Below the pieces are notes generated by a model that was not told the origin of the DNA, made no database searches, and was given only the letters and a program-made list of their open reading frames with translations. A stretch of DNA of 32,000 nt from Okeania sp. (GTDB lineage: Bacteria; Cyanobacteriota; Cyanobacteriia; Cyanobacteriales; Microcoleaceae), in the NCBI RefSeq assembly GCF_035285525.1, contig NZ_JAYKGW010000050.1, forward strand, positions 1 to 32,000. Reading direction: 5' to 3'. A program made the translations under genes and the position numbers. This document shows, in pieces, positions 18,101 to 24,316 of the stretch; within the stretch, counting starts at the first letter, position 1, and every line of letters starts with the position of its first letter.

Positions 18101-18662
18101 CCTAGAATTAGACTTAGAAACTTGGGTAGTTTGGAAACCTGTAACTATTTCTATGATGTTTCGTAAAAGTTGGATAAAAAGCGCTGGAGGTTTTGATACT
18201 CGTTGGCATCATGGAGAAGATATTGACTTAGTTTTGCGTTTATCTATTAATGGTTGTGAGGCAGTTTGGTTGCCAAAAGTTACTTATTGTTATCGTCAAC
18301 ATCAGTGCAATGCTACGAGAAAATCTAGTCAACAAGCTGTTAGTATGATGGCTGTTTTAGATAACTTTTTTGCCAGAGAAAATTTATCAATATCTATTCG
18401 TAAATTAGAGGCAAAATCTCGTTATTATACTTTAAGTTGGTTAGCATGGCAAGCACATCGAAATGGAGATTTAATTGAGATGGATAAATATCTAAGAAAA
18501 GCTTGTAAATATACTCCTTTATCTATTATAGAAACTATCGATCATTGGGTAGAAAGTTTTCATAATCTTTATCAAGATTATGGTTATGATTTTGATGTTT
18601 ATAGTTTCACAAATTCAGATGTTTGGCAAAAATTAATGTTAGATATGATTATTAGTATTTGA
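15189..18662 (+). CDS. Tri-modular family-2 glycosyltransferase (three GT2 domains, each with a conserved ~170-aa tail)
   Basis: 1157 aa. The three modules start at KVSVIIPVYN (aa 4), LVSVVIPTFN (aa ~328) and RVSVIIATYN (aa ~838). Each has (I/V)(N/D)DGSTD, QENxG, LDADD (DXD) and an (E/I)ED(F/L/I)(D/E) acceptor motif. Each is followed by a shared tail CYRQ..........L(D/E)..F......L...IR..E...RY..L.W.CW.LYK.G...EM..YL.KSL. Confidence 0.9.
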   Translation: MTPKVSVIIPVYNCELYIAQAIESVLNQTYTDYEIIVINDGSTDNTYQILQPYMTKIRYFYQENKGLSATRNQGIKMAKGELIALLDADDLFLSDKLEKQVAIFDAQPNIGLVQSGWRVVNEKGEKIEDVEPWHKSPELDLVSWLKWKATNPSSMMFRKEWLERVNGFNEEFRRLEDFDIVIRLALAGCQATWFPKVAVCYRQHSGNMTRNLLAQIAVEEKILDELFSNSNLPLEIQHLERELRYGSLIWNCWCLYKSGYFAEMADYLHKSLNFSPVSVLKTICEWLYYFHYYASLENYSFNSVSLNQIPEWQFLINKIMPNGLPLVSVVIPTFNNADYIVKAIESVFAQTYTFWEIIVVDDGSTDRTYQVLESYLNQIDFLPNFPTGNRLQKTERSQNLPSDFSQNFPTGNRQEKPGANFPETESSQNLPSDFSQNFPTGNRLQETESSQNLPSDFSQNFPTGNRLQETESSQNLPSDFSQNFPIGNRLQETESSQNLPSDFSQNFPIGNRQEKPGANFQETGSNQDLTLDFLSNSSTGNKQEEADKNIQKKESNQNSTLTFARGLIKYVYQENQGPSIARNYGIEIAQGKYIAFLDADDFFLPEKLAEQVGCFAEDSTLTMVQTGWRFVDEKGQTIKDVKPWENSTELDLENWLIWQATLPSAMMFKSEWLKVNGGFDKRYFGIEDLEIVLRLALTGGKATWLRKVCVCYRQRSSSVSGLDNRQKITQELEKLLDDFFDKPNLPTAIRQIENQIKYRSLLWNCWRLYKAGNLSEMATYLQKSLSYTSDSPTTAICTWIELFTKLDSQEGNQFNAYSFSQLPEWKKLISNIFNPVVPRVSVIIATYNNANYILEAIASIFNQTYTSYEIIVIDDGSTDNTRQILEPYLDKIRYVYQENKGVSHARNLGLEMAQGEFISFLDADDFFLPDKLAKQVAVFDSRPSLGIVHSGWRLINEKGEKISDIELWHGSLELDLETWVVWKPVTISMMFRKSWIKSAGGFDTRWHHGEDIDLVLRLSINGCEAVWLPKVTYCYRQHQCNATRKSSQQAVSMMAVLDNFFARENLSISIRKLEAKSRYYTLSWLAWQAHRNGDLIEMDKYLRKACKYTPLSIIETIDHWVESFHNLYQDYGYDFDVYSFTNSDVWQKLMLDMIISI
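16338..16880 (+). repeat. In-frame coding tandem repeat array (units of 69, 90, 69, 69, 69, 90 and ~87 bp) inside GT2 module 2
   Basis: Unit boundaries are 16338, 16407, 16497, 16566, 16635, 16704, 16794. Units 16497-16565 and 16566-16634 are identical, and 16635-16703 differs by 1 nt. The unit encodes NFPTGNRLQETESSQNLPSDFSQ. The 90-bp variants add QEKPGAN. Confidence 0.95.
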
Positions 18663-18819
18663 TTAAAAAGAAGGAAGAGGAAAGAAGCAATGAGGAAGAA
18701 AGAAATTATAACTGAATGTTTACTTCATTCATTAAAAAGCTAAATGCTTACCTCTTTGTTTTCTAGAACTAACTTGTCTAAGAATATTCATGTATAAACA
18801 AACTTCAATAAAGAAATAT

Positions 18820-19041
18820 GTAAGCATTCAGCTATTAGCTGTTAGCCATCAGCAACAAAAACCTCAAGTTTCAGAAAGATATTTAAAGGAATAAAGAAAG
18901 TGAAAACTGGCTTTTATAGTCAAATAAAATTTATGATTTTTCGGGAACCTTATAATAATACTTCTATCACAAACTAGAAGCACTCTTGTGATAGCTATTA
19001 GCTGACGGCTGTTTGCCCAGCATTCCGCAGGAAATGCTTAC
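18820..19041. mobile_element. MITE, family 1, 222 bp, TSD AGAAATAT
   Basis: GTAAGCATTCAGCTATTAGC...GGAAATGCTTAC, flanked by AGAAATAT at 18812-18819 and 19042-19049. Confidence 0.8.
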
Positions 19042-19130
19042 AGAAATATTTTTATAGTACAACTATTTATAGAATATTTGCCTATATAAATCTTAAATCG
19101 GTTGTGAACATTAAGTTATCAATTAATACT

Positions 19131-19313
19131 TTACCAGCCAAATAATTAAGCAATTTTTCTCCAAATTTGTGTCAAGATTACCATTGATTTTGCTAACATT
19201 AGTCTGTCTTTTTCAGTGATCAGTTTACCCGCCAAATAATTATACAATTTTTGTCAATATTTCCATTGTTTTTGCTGATATTTGTTTATCAAAGTAACTT
19301 GACAATTATCTCA
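19131..19313 (+). pseudogene. Two decayed tandem copies of the 5' end (RBS region and signal-peptide coding part) of the downstream 19364 gene
   Basis: Copies at about 19131-19222 and 19224-19313 align with 19354-19455. Both have ATA where the real gene has ATG. A 27-nt exact match TTTTGCTGATATTTGTTTATCAAAGTA occurs at 19270-19296 and 19410-19436. Confidence 0.6.
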
Positions 19314-19363
19314 GGAAATGCTTACATCAGTTATCAGTCATCAATTAAAAATTTTCTACCCAA

Positions 19364-19885
19364 ATGATTAAACAAATTTTTTCTAAATTTATGTTAATAA
19401 TTGGATTAGTTTTGCTGATATTTGTTTATCAAAGTACGTTGATAATAAATCCAGCAAACGCTTTAATTAGAAAAATTGAAGAAGCACCTAATCAAATAGT
19501 TTATCAAGCCAAATATACCTTAAGAGATGATACAAAAAACTCCTGGCAAATAGTATTCTATAAACGTCTAAAATCAGGTGAAGTAGATACTATTAATTTG
19601 CGTTTAGTAGCTTTTCCTGGCAGTGTAGAATTTACTCATCCACAACCTTTAAAAATTAGCTTGAATCAGAATAAAGATAATCAAATATTTCTAGCTAGAG
19701 ATAATTTTGCCGAAAAAGCACCAGGTAATAATGTAGGTGACTATCAATTTCCAGAAGATTTTTTAAGCCTCGAAACAAGTACAAAACTTTTTCTATATTT
19801 ACCTTTAAAAGCTCACCAAGAAACAAGAATCAAAATACCTTTCCCAATCTTATTAGAATGGCAAGAAATTATTAGTCATAAATAA
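19364..19885 (+). CDS. Hypothetical protein with N-terminal signal peptide/anchor
   Basis: 173-aa ORF. The hydrophobic N-terminus FMLIIGLVLLIFVY is followed by ANA. No recognisable catalytic motif. Confidence 0.7.
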   Translation: MIKQIFSKFMLIIGLVLLIFVYQSTLIINPANALIRKIEEAPNQIVYQAKYTLRDDTKNSWQIVFYKRLKSGEVDTINLRLVAFPGSVEFTHPQPLKISLNQNKDNQIFLARDNFAEKAPGNNVGDYQFPEDFLSLETSTKLFLYLPLKAHQETRIKIPFPILLEWQEIISHK

Positions 19886-19892
19886 AAAATAG

Positions 19893-20072
19893 GTAAGCAT
19901 TCAGCTATTCCTACCGAATGCGCTCCCATTCAGCAATATAGTCCTTTGCTCAAACACGGGGTTTAAATGAACATAAACTTTAGAGTTGACTTTTTCAGTA
20001 AGATTTTTCGTTTCTTAGTCAATAAAACTTTTATTACAAACTAAAAGCAATAGCTGATAGCTGAATGCTTAC
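19893..20072. mobile_element. MITE, family 1, 180 bp, TSD AAAAATAG
   Basis: 16-bp perfect TIR GTAAGCATTCAGCTAT / ATAGCTGAATGCTTAC, flanked by AAAAATAG at 19885-19892 and 20073-20080. It starts 8 nt after the stop of the 173-aa gene. Confidence 0.85.
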
Positions 20073-20078
20073 AAAAAT

Positions 20079-20127
20079 AGGACTTACGCAGGAGAACCCA
20101 GAAACCGAGTTTCTTTGCATAAGTCCT
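20079..20127. repeat. Hairpin repeat, family 2 (AGGACTTACGCA...TGCATAAGTCCT), 49 bp
   Basis: Terminal inverted repeats read directly. The core contains GAAACCGAGTTTC. Confidence 0.75.
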
Positions 20128-20251
20128 AAAAAAATATAGCAATCTTTAGTAGGTGCTAAAACCTAAACATTGTGCAATAAACTTACTCAATAGTTAAGCT
20201 TTCAACCTCAAATTAGATTGCTATATTTTTCGGTTAATATTTAGAAATTAT

Positions 20252-20442
20252 GTAAGCATTCAACTCCTAGCATTCAGGTCTTAGCTCTTAGCTTTTTAAT
20301 CAATGATGTAGCTTGATAGACTATTAAAATTAACTGATGGACTTTTGCCCATACTTTATAATTCCTTGAAATCTCTCAAATTGCTTTTTATCCTTTAAAT
20401 GTGATGAAGCTGTTAGCTGATGGCTGATTGCTGAATGCTTAC
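20252..20442. mobile_element. MITE, family 1, 191 bp, TSD GAAATTAT
   Basis: GTAAGCATTCAACTCC...GCTGAATGCTTAC, flanked by GAAATTAT at 20244-20251 and 20443-20450. Confidence 0.8.
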
Positions 20443-20481
20443 GAAATTATTGATAATAATTACTTTGCCATATTCAAGTAA

Positions 20482-20856
20482 TTATCTCTTTTTCTTAATA
20501 TCACGAGCCATATTTTTAAAGTCTATTCCATCATTAGAATTACTAACAGTACGAGGTTTAATCTTAGTAGGCTGAAATGTGGAAGATTGGGTAAAACTAG
20601 AAGTAGAAGAAGAGGAGGAAGTTTGAGTTTCTGCTCCACTTTCTCTTTTTTGCGTAGAAGAAACAGACTTTTCTGTCTCTCCTTCTATCACATTAAGTTT
20701 ACCTGCTGCTTTGGGATAACTCCTCTTAACTGTCTTAGATTTCCGCATAAAGTCCACATTACCCATGCTACTTGCACTATCTGAATCTAGGAAGAAAGCT
20801 TCCTTCGGTTGATTATCGTCTTTTTTCCCAAACAGTCCTCTGATAAATCCTGTCAT
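20482..20856 (-). CDS. Hypothetical small Ser/Thr/Lys-rich, probably disordered protein
   Basis: 124-aa ORF MTGFIRGLFGKKDDN...FFLDSDSASSMGNVDFMRK.... It is low-complexity with no TM segment. Coding status rests on ORF length and a plausible N-terminus only. Confidence 0.55.
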   Translation of the reverse strand: MTGFIRGLFGKKDDNQPKEAFFLDSDSASSMGNVDFMRKSKTVKRSYPKAAGKLNVIEGETEKSVSSTQKRESGAETQTSSSSSTSSFTQSSTFQPTKIKPRTVSNSNDGIDFKNMARDIKKKR

Positions 20857-20958
20857 TTGTCTTTTCTATCCTATAAAGATATTTTGCTTATGTTAATTTT
20901 ATATTAAATTTTATCATAATCCTTCATAAAATTTCTCATTTTAAGGAGTAGGGAGTGG

Positions 20959-20993
20959 ATAATTGATAATTGATAATTGATAATTGATAATTA
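20959..20993. repeat. Heptamer repeat (ATAATTG)x4 plus one variant
   Basis: Read directly. Confidence 0.9.
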
Positions 20994-20996
20994 AAA

Positions 20997-21044
20997 TCAC
21001 TTTCCAATACAAAAGCGACTAAAAGTTACAGCGCTTTCCGTGGT
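20997..21044 (-). pseudogene. Detached relic copy of the mnmE 3' end (..[14 protein letters not shown])
   Basis: The 26-nt stretch ACTTTCCAATACAAAAGCGACTAAAA at 20999-21024 is identical to 21365-21390, which encodes the real mnmE C-terminus FSRFCIGK plus part of the stop. The relic keeps the frame and ends in TGA. Confidence 0.6.
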
Positions 21045-21362
21045 TATGAGGTAGATCAATCGTGGACAAGATCAATATTTTTACCATTTACCATATATCT
21101 CATTTGCCCGAAATATGCTGTATATCCAAATTTAGAGAGTGGGTAAATAATGATTATCTAGATCAGAGCAAGACGCTCCCACTGTCGCCAACTGATAACT
21201 AATAACTGATATAGGAAGGGAACAAAATGCCCCCCACTATCACAAACTGATAACTGATTTAGGGAGTAGGGAGTAGGGAGTAGGGAGTAGGAGCTAATGG
21301 CCATTATGTAGGAAGAGAGCAAGATGCTCTCACTGTAGCCAAATAATAACTGATAACTGAAA

Positions 21363-22733
21363 TTACTTTCCAATACAAAAGCGACTAAAAATTCTATCCA
21401 AAACAGACTCCGTTACATCTTCTCCCGTCACCTCTCCCAAAGCATAAATTGCTCCCCTTAAATCTATCGTCCAAAAATCTAAAGGTAAATTATTTTTAAT
21501 AGTATTTAAACATTGCTCCAAAGATATCTTAGCTCTCCTTAAAGCTGCTGCTTGCCTTTGATTTACTGCAAAATCTAAGTTTTCTACCTCCACATTATCC
21601 AAATTTACAGCCTTAATAATTGCTGCTTCCAAATCCTCAATTCCTTCATTATTAATAACTGCTGTAGTCACAATATTTTTAATAGTTTCTGGATAAAAAA
21701 TTGACTTAATTAACTCTCCCTGAACCAAATCAACCTTATTAATTATCAAAATTAAAGAACGATGTTTTACCTGTTCATAAATAAACTCATCTAACTCCGT
21801 CCAACCAGCCTCAGCGTCAATCGTCAATAAAACCAGGTCAGCAGACTTAGCTGCCCCATAGGACCGCTCCACCCCAATTTTTTCCACCCGATCCTCAGTT
21901 TCCCGAATACCAGCCGTATCCAAAACCTGCACCGGAATCCCACCCACCACCAAATGGGACTCCACCACATCCCTAGTCGTTCCCGGAAGCTCCGTCACAA
22001 TAGCGCGATCGCTACGACTCCAAGCATTCAACAAACTGGACTTACCCACATTCGGACGTCCCACAATAGCCACCTTCAAACCAGTCCGTAACAATTCTCC
22101 ACGATTTGCCGTGCCTAAAACTATTGACAAATCATTCAAAATACTATCTATTTTTTGACTAATTTCCGATTCATCCAAAGGGGGCAAATCTTCCTCAAAA
22201 TCAATCCGAGCCTCTATTTCAGCCAAAACGTCCAGACAATCGGCCCTCAACCGACGAATGGGACTAGCCAACTTACCCTGTAAACCAGCCAAAGCAACTT
22301 GAGCAGCAGCAGGAGATTGAGAACCCACCAGCTCGGCAATACTTTCAGCCTGAGTCAAATCCAATCGTCCATTCAAAAAAGCTCGTAAAGTAAACTCTCC
22401 TGGTTGAGCTAATCGTGCCCCCGCTTCAATACATAATTGCAATACTTTTTGAATAGAAATAATTCCTCCATGACAGTGAAACTCTATTACATCCTCACGG
22501 GTATAAGAACGAGGAGCCTTCATAATCAATAACAAAGCTTCATCTACTAACTGCCCAGTTTGGGGATGACGAATATAACCATAGAGAATACGGTGAGTCT
22601 CCCAAACCTGTTGACCCGGTGCATGAAATAGGGTGGTAGCAATTTTCATTGATTCCGAACCAGACATTCGGACGATACCCACACTTCCTTGTTGGGGAAC
22701 AATAGCAGTAGCGATCGCAGCAATAGTATCCAT
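21363..22733 (-). CDS. mnmE: tRNA uridine-5-carboxymethylaminomethyl modification GTPase MnmE (TrmE)
   Basis: 456 aa. It begins with DTIAAIAT and has the G-domain motifs [13 protein letters not shown] and NKVD. The C-terminal FCIGK motif is diagnostic of MnmE. Confidence 0.95.
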   Translation of the reverse strand: MDTIAAIATAIVPQQGSVGIVRMSGSESMKIATTLFHAPGQQVWETHRILYGYIRHPQTGQLVDEALLLIMKAPRSYTREDVIEFHCHGGIISIQKVLQLCIEAGARLAQPGEFTLRAFLNGRLDLTQAESIAELVGSQSPAAAQVALAGLQGKLASPIRRLRADCLDVLAEIEARIDFEEDLPPLDESEISQKIDSILNDLSIVLGTANRGELLRTGLKVAIVGRPNVGKSSLLNAWSRSDRAIVTELPGTTRDVVESHLVVGGIPVQVLDTAGIRETEDRVEKIGVERSYGAAKSADLVLLTIDAEAGWTELDEFIYEQVKHRSLILIINKVDLVQGELIKSIFYPETIKNIVTTAVINNEGIEDLEAAIIKAVNLDNVEVENLDFAVNQRQAAALRRAKISLEQCLNTIKNNLPLDFWTIDLRGAIYALGEVTGEDVTESVLDRIFSRFCIGK

Positions 22734-22739
22734 TTTTTT

Positions 22740-22774
22740 CAGTTATCAGTTATCAGTTATCAGTTATCAGTTAG
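22740..22774. repeat. Heptamer repeat (CAGTTAT)x4 plus one variant, 6 nt upstream of the mnmE start
   Basis: Read directly. Confidence 0.9.
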
Positions 22775-22822
22775 CCTCCTGGATCGAAACTGCTTCTTAC
22801 AGAAGAGCTTCGCTAACGTTAA

Positions 22823-22890
22823 CAGTTATCAGCAGGAAACTGGAAATACTGAATTTGATTTTTTTCTGTGAGAATAATTATAGCAACAAA
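22823..22890. repeat. Left copy of 68-bp direct repeat bracketing xisHI
   Basis: CAGTTATCAGCAGGAAACTGGAAATACTGAATTTGATTTTTTTCTGTGAGAATAATTATAGCAACAAA. About 62/68 identical to 23770-23837, including a 30-nt exact core. Confidence 0.8.
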
Positions 22891-23001
22891 AATCATCCGA
22901 TGATTCATATTATCATAGTCTATGATAATTTGTGTTGAGTTGCGTTATTGCTTAAATTAACCTACAATTCATTAAACATCAAACTACAGAAAAACTAACT
23001 A

Positions 23002-23430
23002 ATGGCTGCTAGAGACTTTCATCACGATACTGTCAAAACTGCTTTAATCAAAGATAGTTGGACTATTACTGACGATCCACTGGTTCTCAAAATTGGTATT
23101 CGTAACGTCTTTGTTGATATGGGTGCGGAAAAATTAATTGCTGCAGAACGAGGTACTGTCAAAATAGCTGTTGAAGTCAAAACTTTTATGGGAACTTCTT
23201 TTGTTAACGAGCTGGAAAAAGCATGGGGGCAATTTTTTTTATATAGTAGAATATTAAAGAAACAAGACTCATTACGTCAAATATATTTGGCAGTCGAGTC
23301 TAATGTTTTTGAAACCTTATTTAAGCAGGAAGTTGCACAACTTTTGTTAGAAGAACCTGGTTTTTGTCTGTTTGTTTTTGATGCACAGAAAGAGGAAATT
23401 ATTCAATGGAAACCACAAATCAACTCTTAG
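23002..23430 (+). CDS. xisH: XisH family protein (fdxN-element excision controlling factor-like; PD-(D/E)xK nuclease fold)
   Basis: 142 aa. MAARDFHHDTVKTALIKDSWTITDDPL matches the XisH N-terminus. D(38)...EVK forms a PD-(D/E)xK-like motif. Confidence 0.85.
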   Translation: MAARDFHHDTVKTALIKDSWTITDDPLVLKIGIRNVFVDMGAEKLIAAERGTVKIAVEVKTFMGTSFVNELEKAWGQFFLYSRILKKQDSLRQIYLAVESNVFETLFKQEVAQLLLEEPGFCLFVFDAQKEEIIQWKPQINS

Positions 23431-23759
23431 ATCAGGAAAAATGGCGGGAAACACTGATAAATATCTTGCAATACTACGCCGATCTTCCTTACCGCTATGG
23501 TGACGTGAAAACATATCTCATTGTCAGTAGCGATCGCAACCATTTTCTGCTAATCAATGAAGGATGGCAGCAAAATGGGATCCGTTTATATGGTACTATT
23601 GTTCATGCTGAAATTTGTAATGATAAAATTTGGATTCACCACGATGGTATCGAAGATGGGATTACGGATGAACTTGTTGATGCTGGAGTACCAAAGGATA
23701 AAATTGTACTTGCTTTTCATCCTCCTAAGATTCGTCAACATACTGGATATGGAGTTTAA
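23406..23759 (+). CDS. xisI: XisI family protein
   Basis: 117 aa. LINEGWQ...R..G..VH.EI.NDKIWIHHDGIEDGITDELV.AGVPKD.IVLAFHPP is the XisI signature. It overlaps xisH by 25 nt. Confidence 0.85.
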   Translation: METTNQLLDQEKWRETLINILQYYADLPYRYGDVKTYLIVSSDRNHFLLINEGWQQNGIRLYGTIVHAEICNDKIWIHHDGIEDGITDELVDAGVPKDKIVLAFHPPKIRQHTGYGV

Positions 23760-23769
23760 TTTCAGTTAT

Positions 23770-23837
23770 CATTTATCAGCAGGAAACTGGAAATACTGAA
23801 TTGGATTTTTTGCTGTCAGAACAATCATAGCAACAAA
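23770..23837. repeat. Right copy of 68-bp direct repeat bracketing xisHI
   Basis: Starts 10 nt after the xisI stop. See 22823-22890. Confidence 0.8.
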
Positions 23838-24146
23838 TGGAGTGAAAGGGAGTAATCTAAGGGAGACAGGTCGATTCCTTCCTATCGTGGCAATGAAAAT
23901 TTTTTAGCTAGACTCTATATGCTCCCTTATGCGCTAGGGTTTGGAGACCAAACCCCTACAGTTTTTGTTGAGGCATGATTTCTTATAGCTATAATGAATG
24001 ATATCAAATCCGGTAGTATCGGTAGAAATAAATATCGTAGGGGTTTGGTATCCAATTTTTCGGGAACCGTACCCTTACAAACTAGCAGTTTTCCTCAATA
24101 TTGATGGTAAACCTTGTTCTCCAAAGCCAGCGGATTTAATACGATC

Positions 24147-24259
24147 GGGACTTACGCACGAGTAACACAATCTCGACGTTTGAGATTGCTTTCCTCCGGA
24201 ATGCTCCGCAAACGCACCTCGCGAGCAATGACAGAAACACGTTGTTCTGCGTAAGTCCT
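24147..24259. repeat. Hairpin/MITE-like repeat, family 2 (GGGACTTACGCA...TGCGTAAGTCCT), 113 bp
   Basis: 12-bp terminal inverted repeats read directly. No obvious TSD. Confidence 0.7.
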
Positions 24260-24316
24260 AATGATACAAAAAACATTTAAAGCTATAATATTCAACCAAA
24301 ACAAATTTATTTAAGT

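Noticed and set aside
22776-22835. tRNA-like fragment (GTTAGC...GCAGTTTCGATCCAGGAGGCTAAC on the minus strand; second copy about 3252-3310)
   Set aside because: TTCGATCC resembles a T-loop, but no complementary T-stem, D-arm or proper acceptor stem can be drawn, and the element is only ~50 nt. It is treated as a dispersed structured repeat, not a tRNA gene. No tRNA or rRNA gene was found in the window.
18663-24316. Genomic island, prophage or defence island around xisHI and the MITE cluster
   Set aside because: No integrase, transposase, phage structural gene, restriction-modification gene, cas gene or other known defence gene is present. The only mobile signatures are non-autonomous MITEs and short direct repeats.
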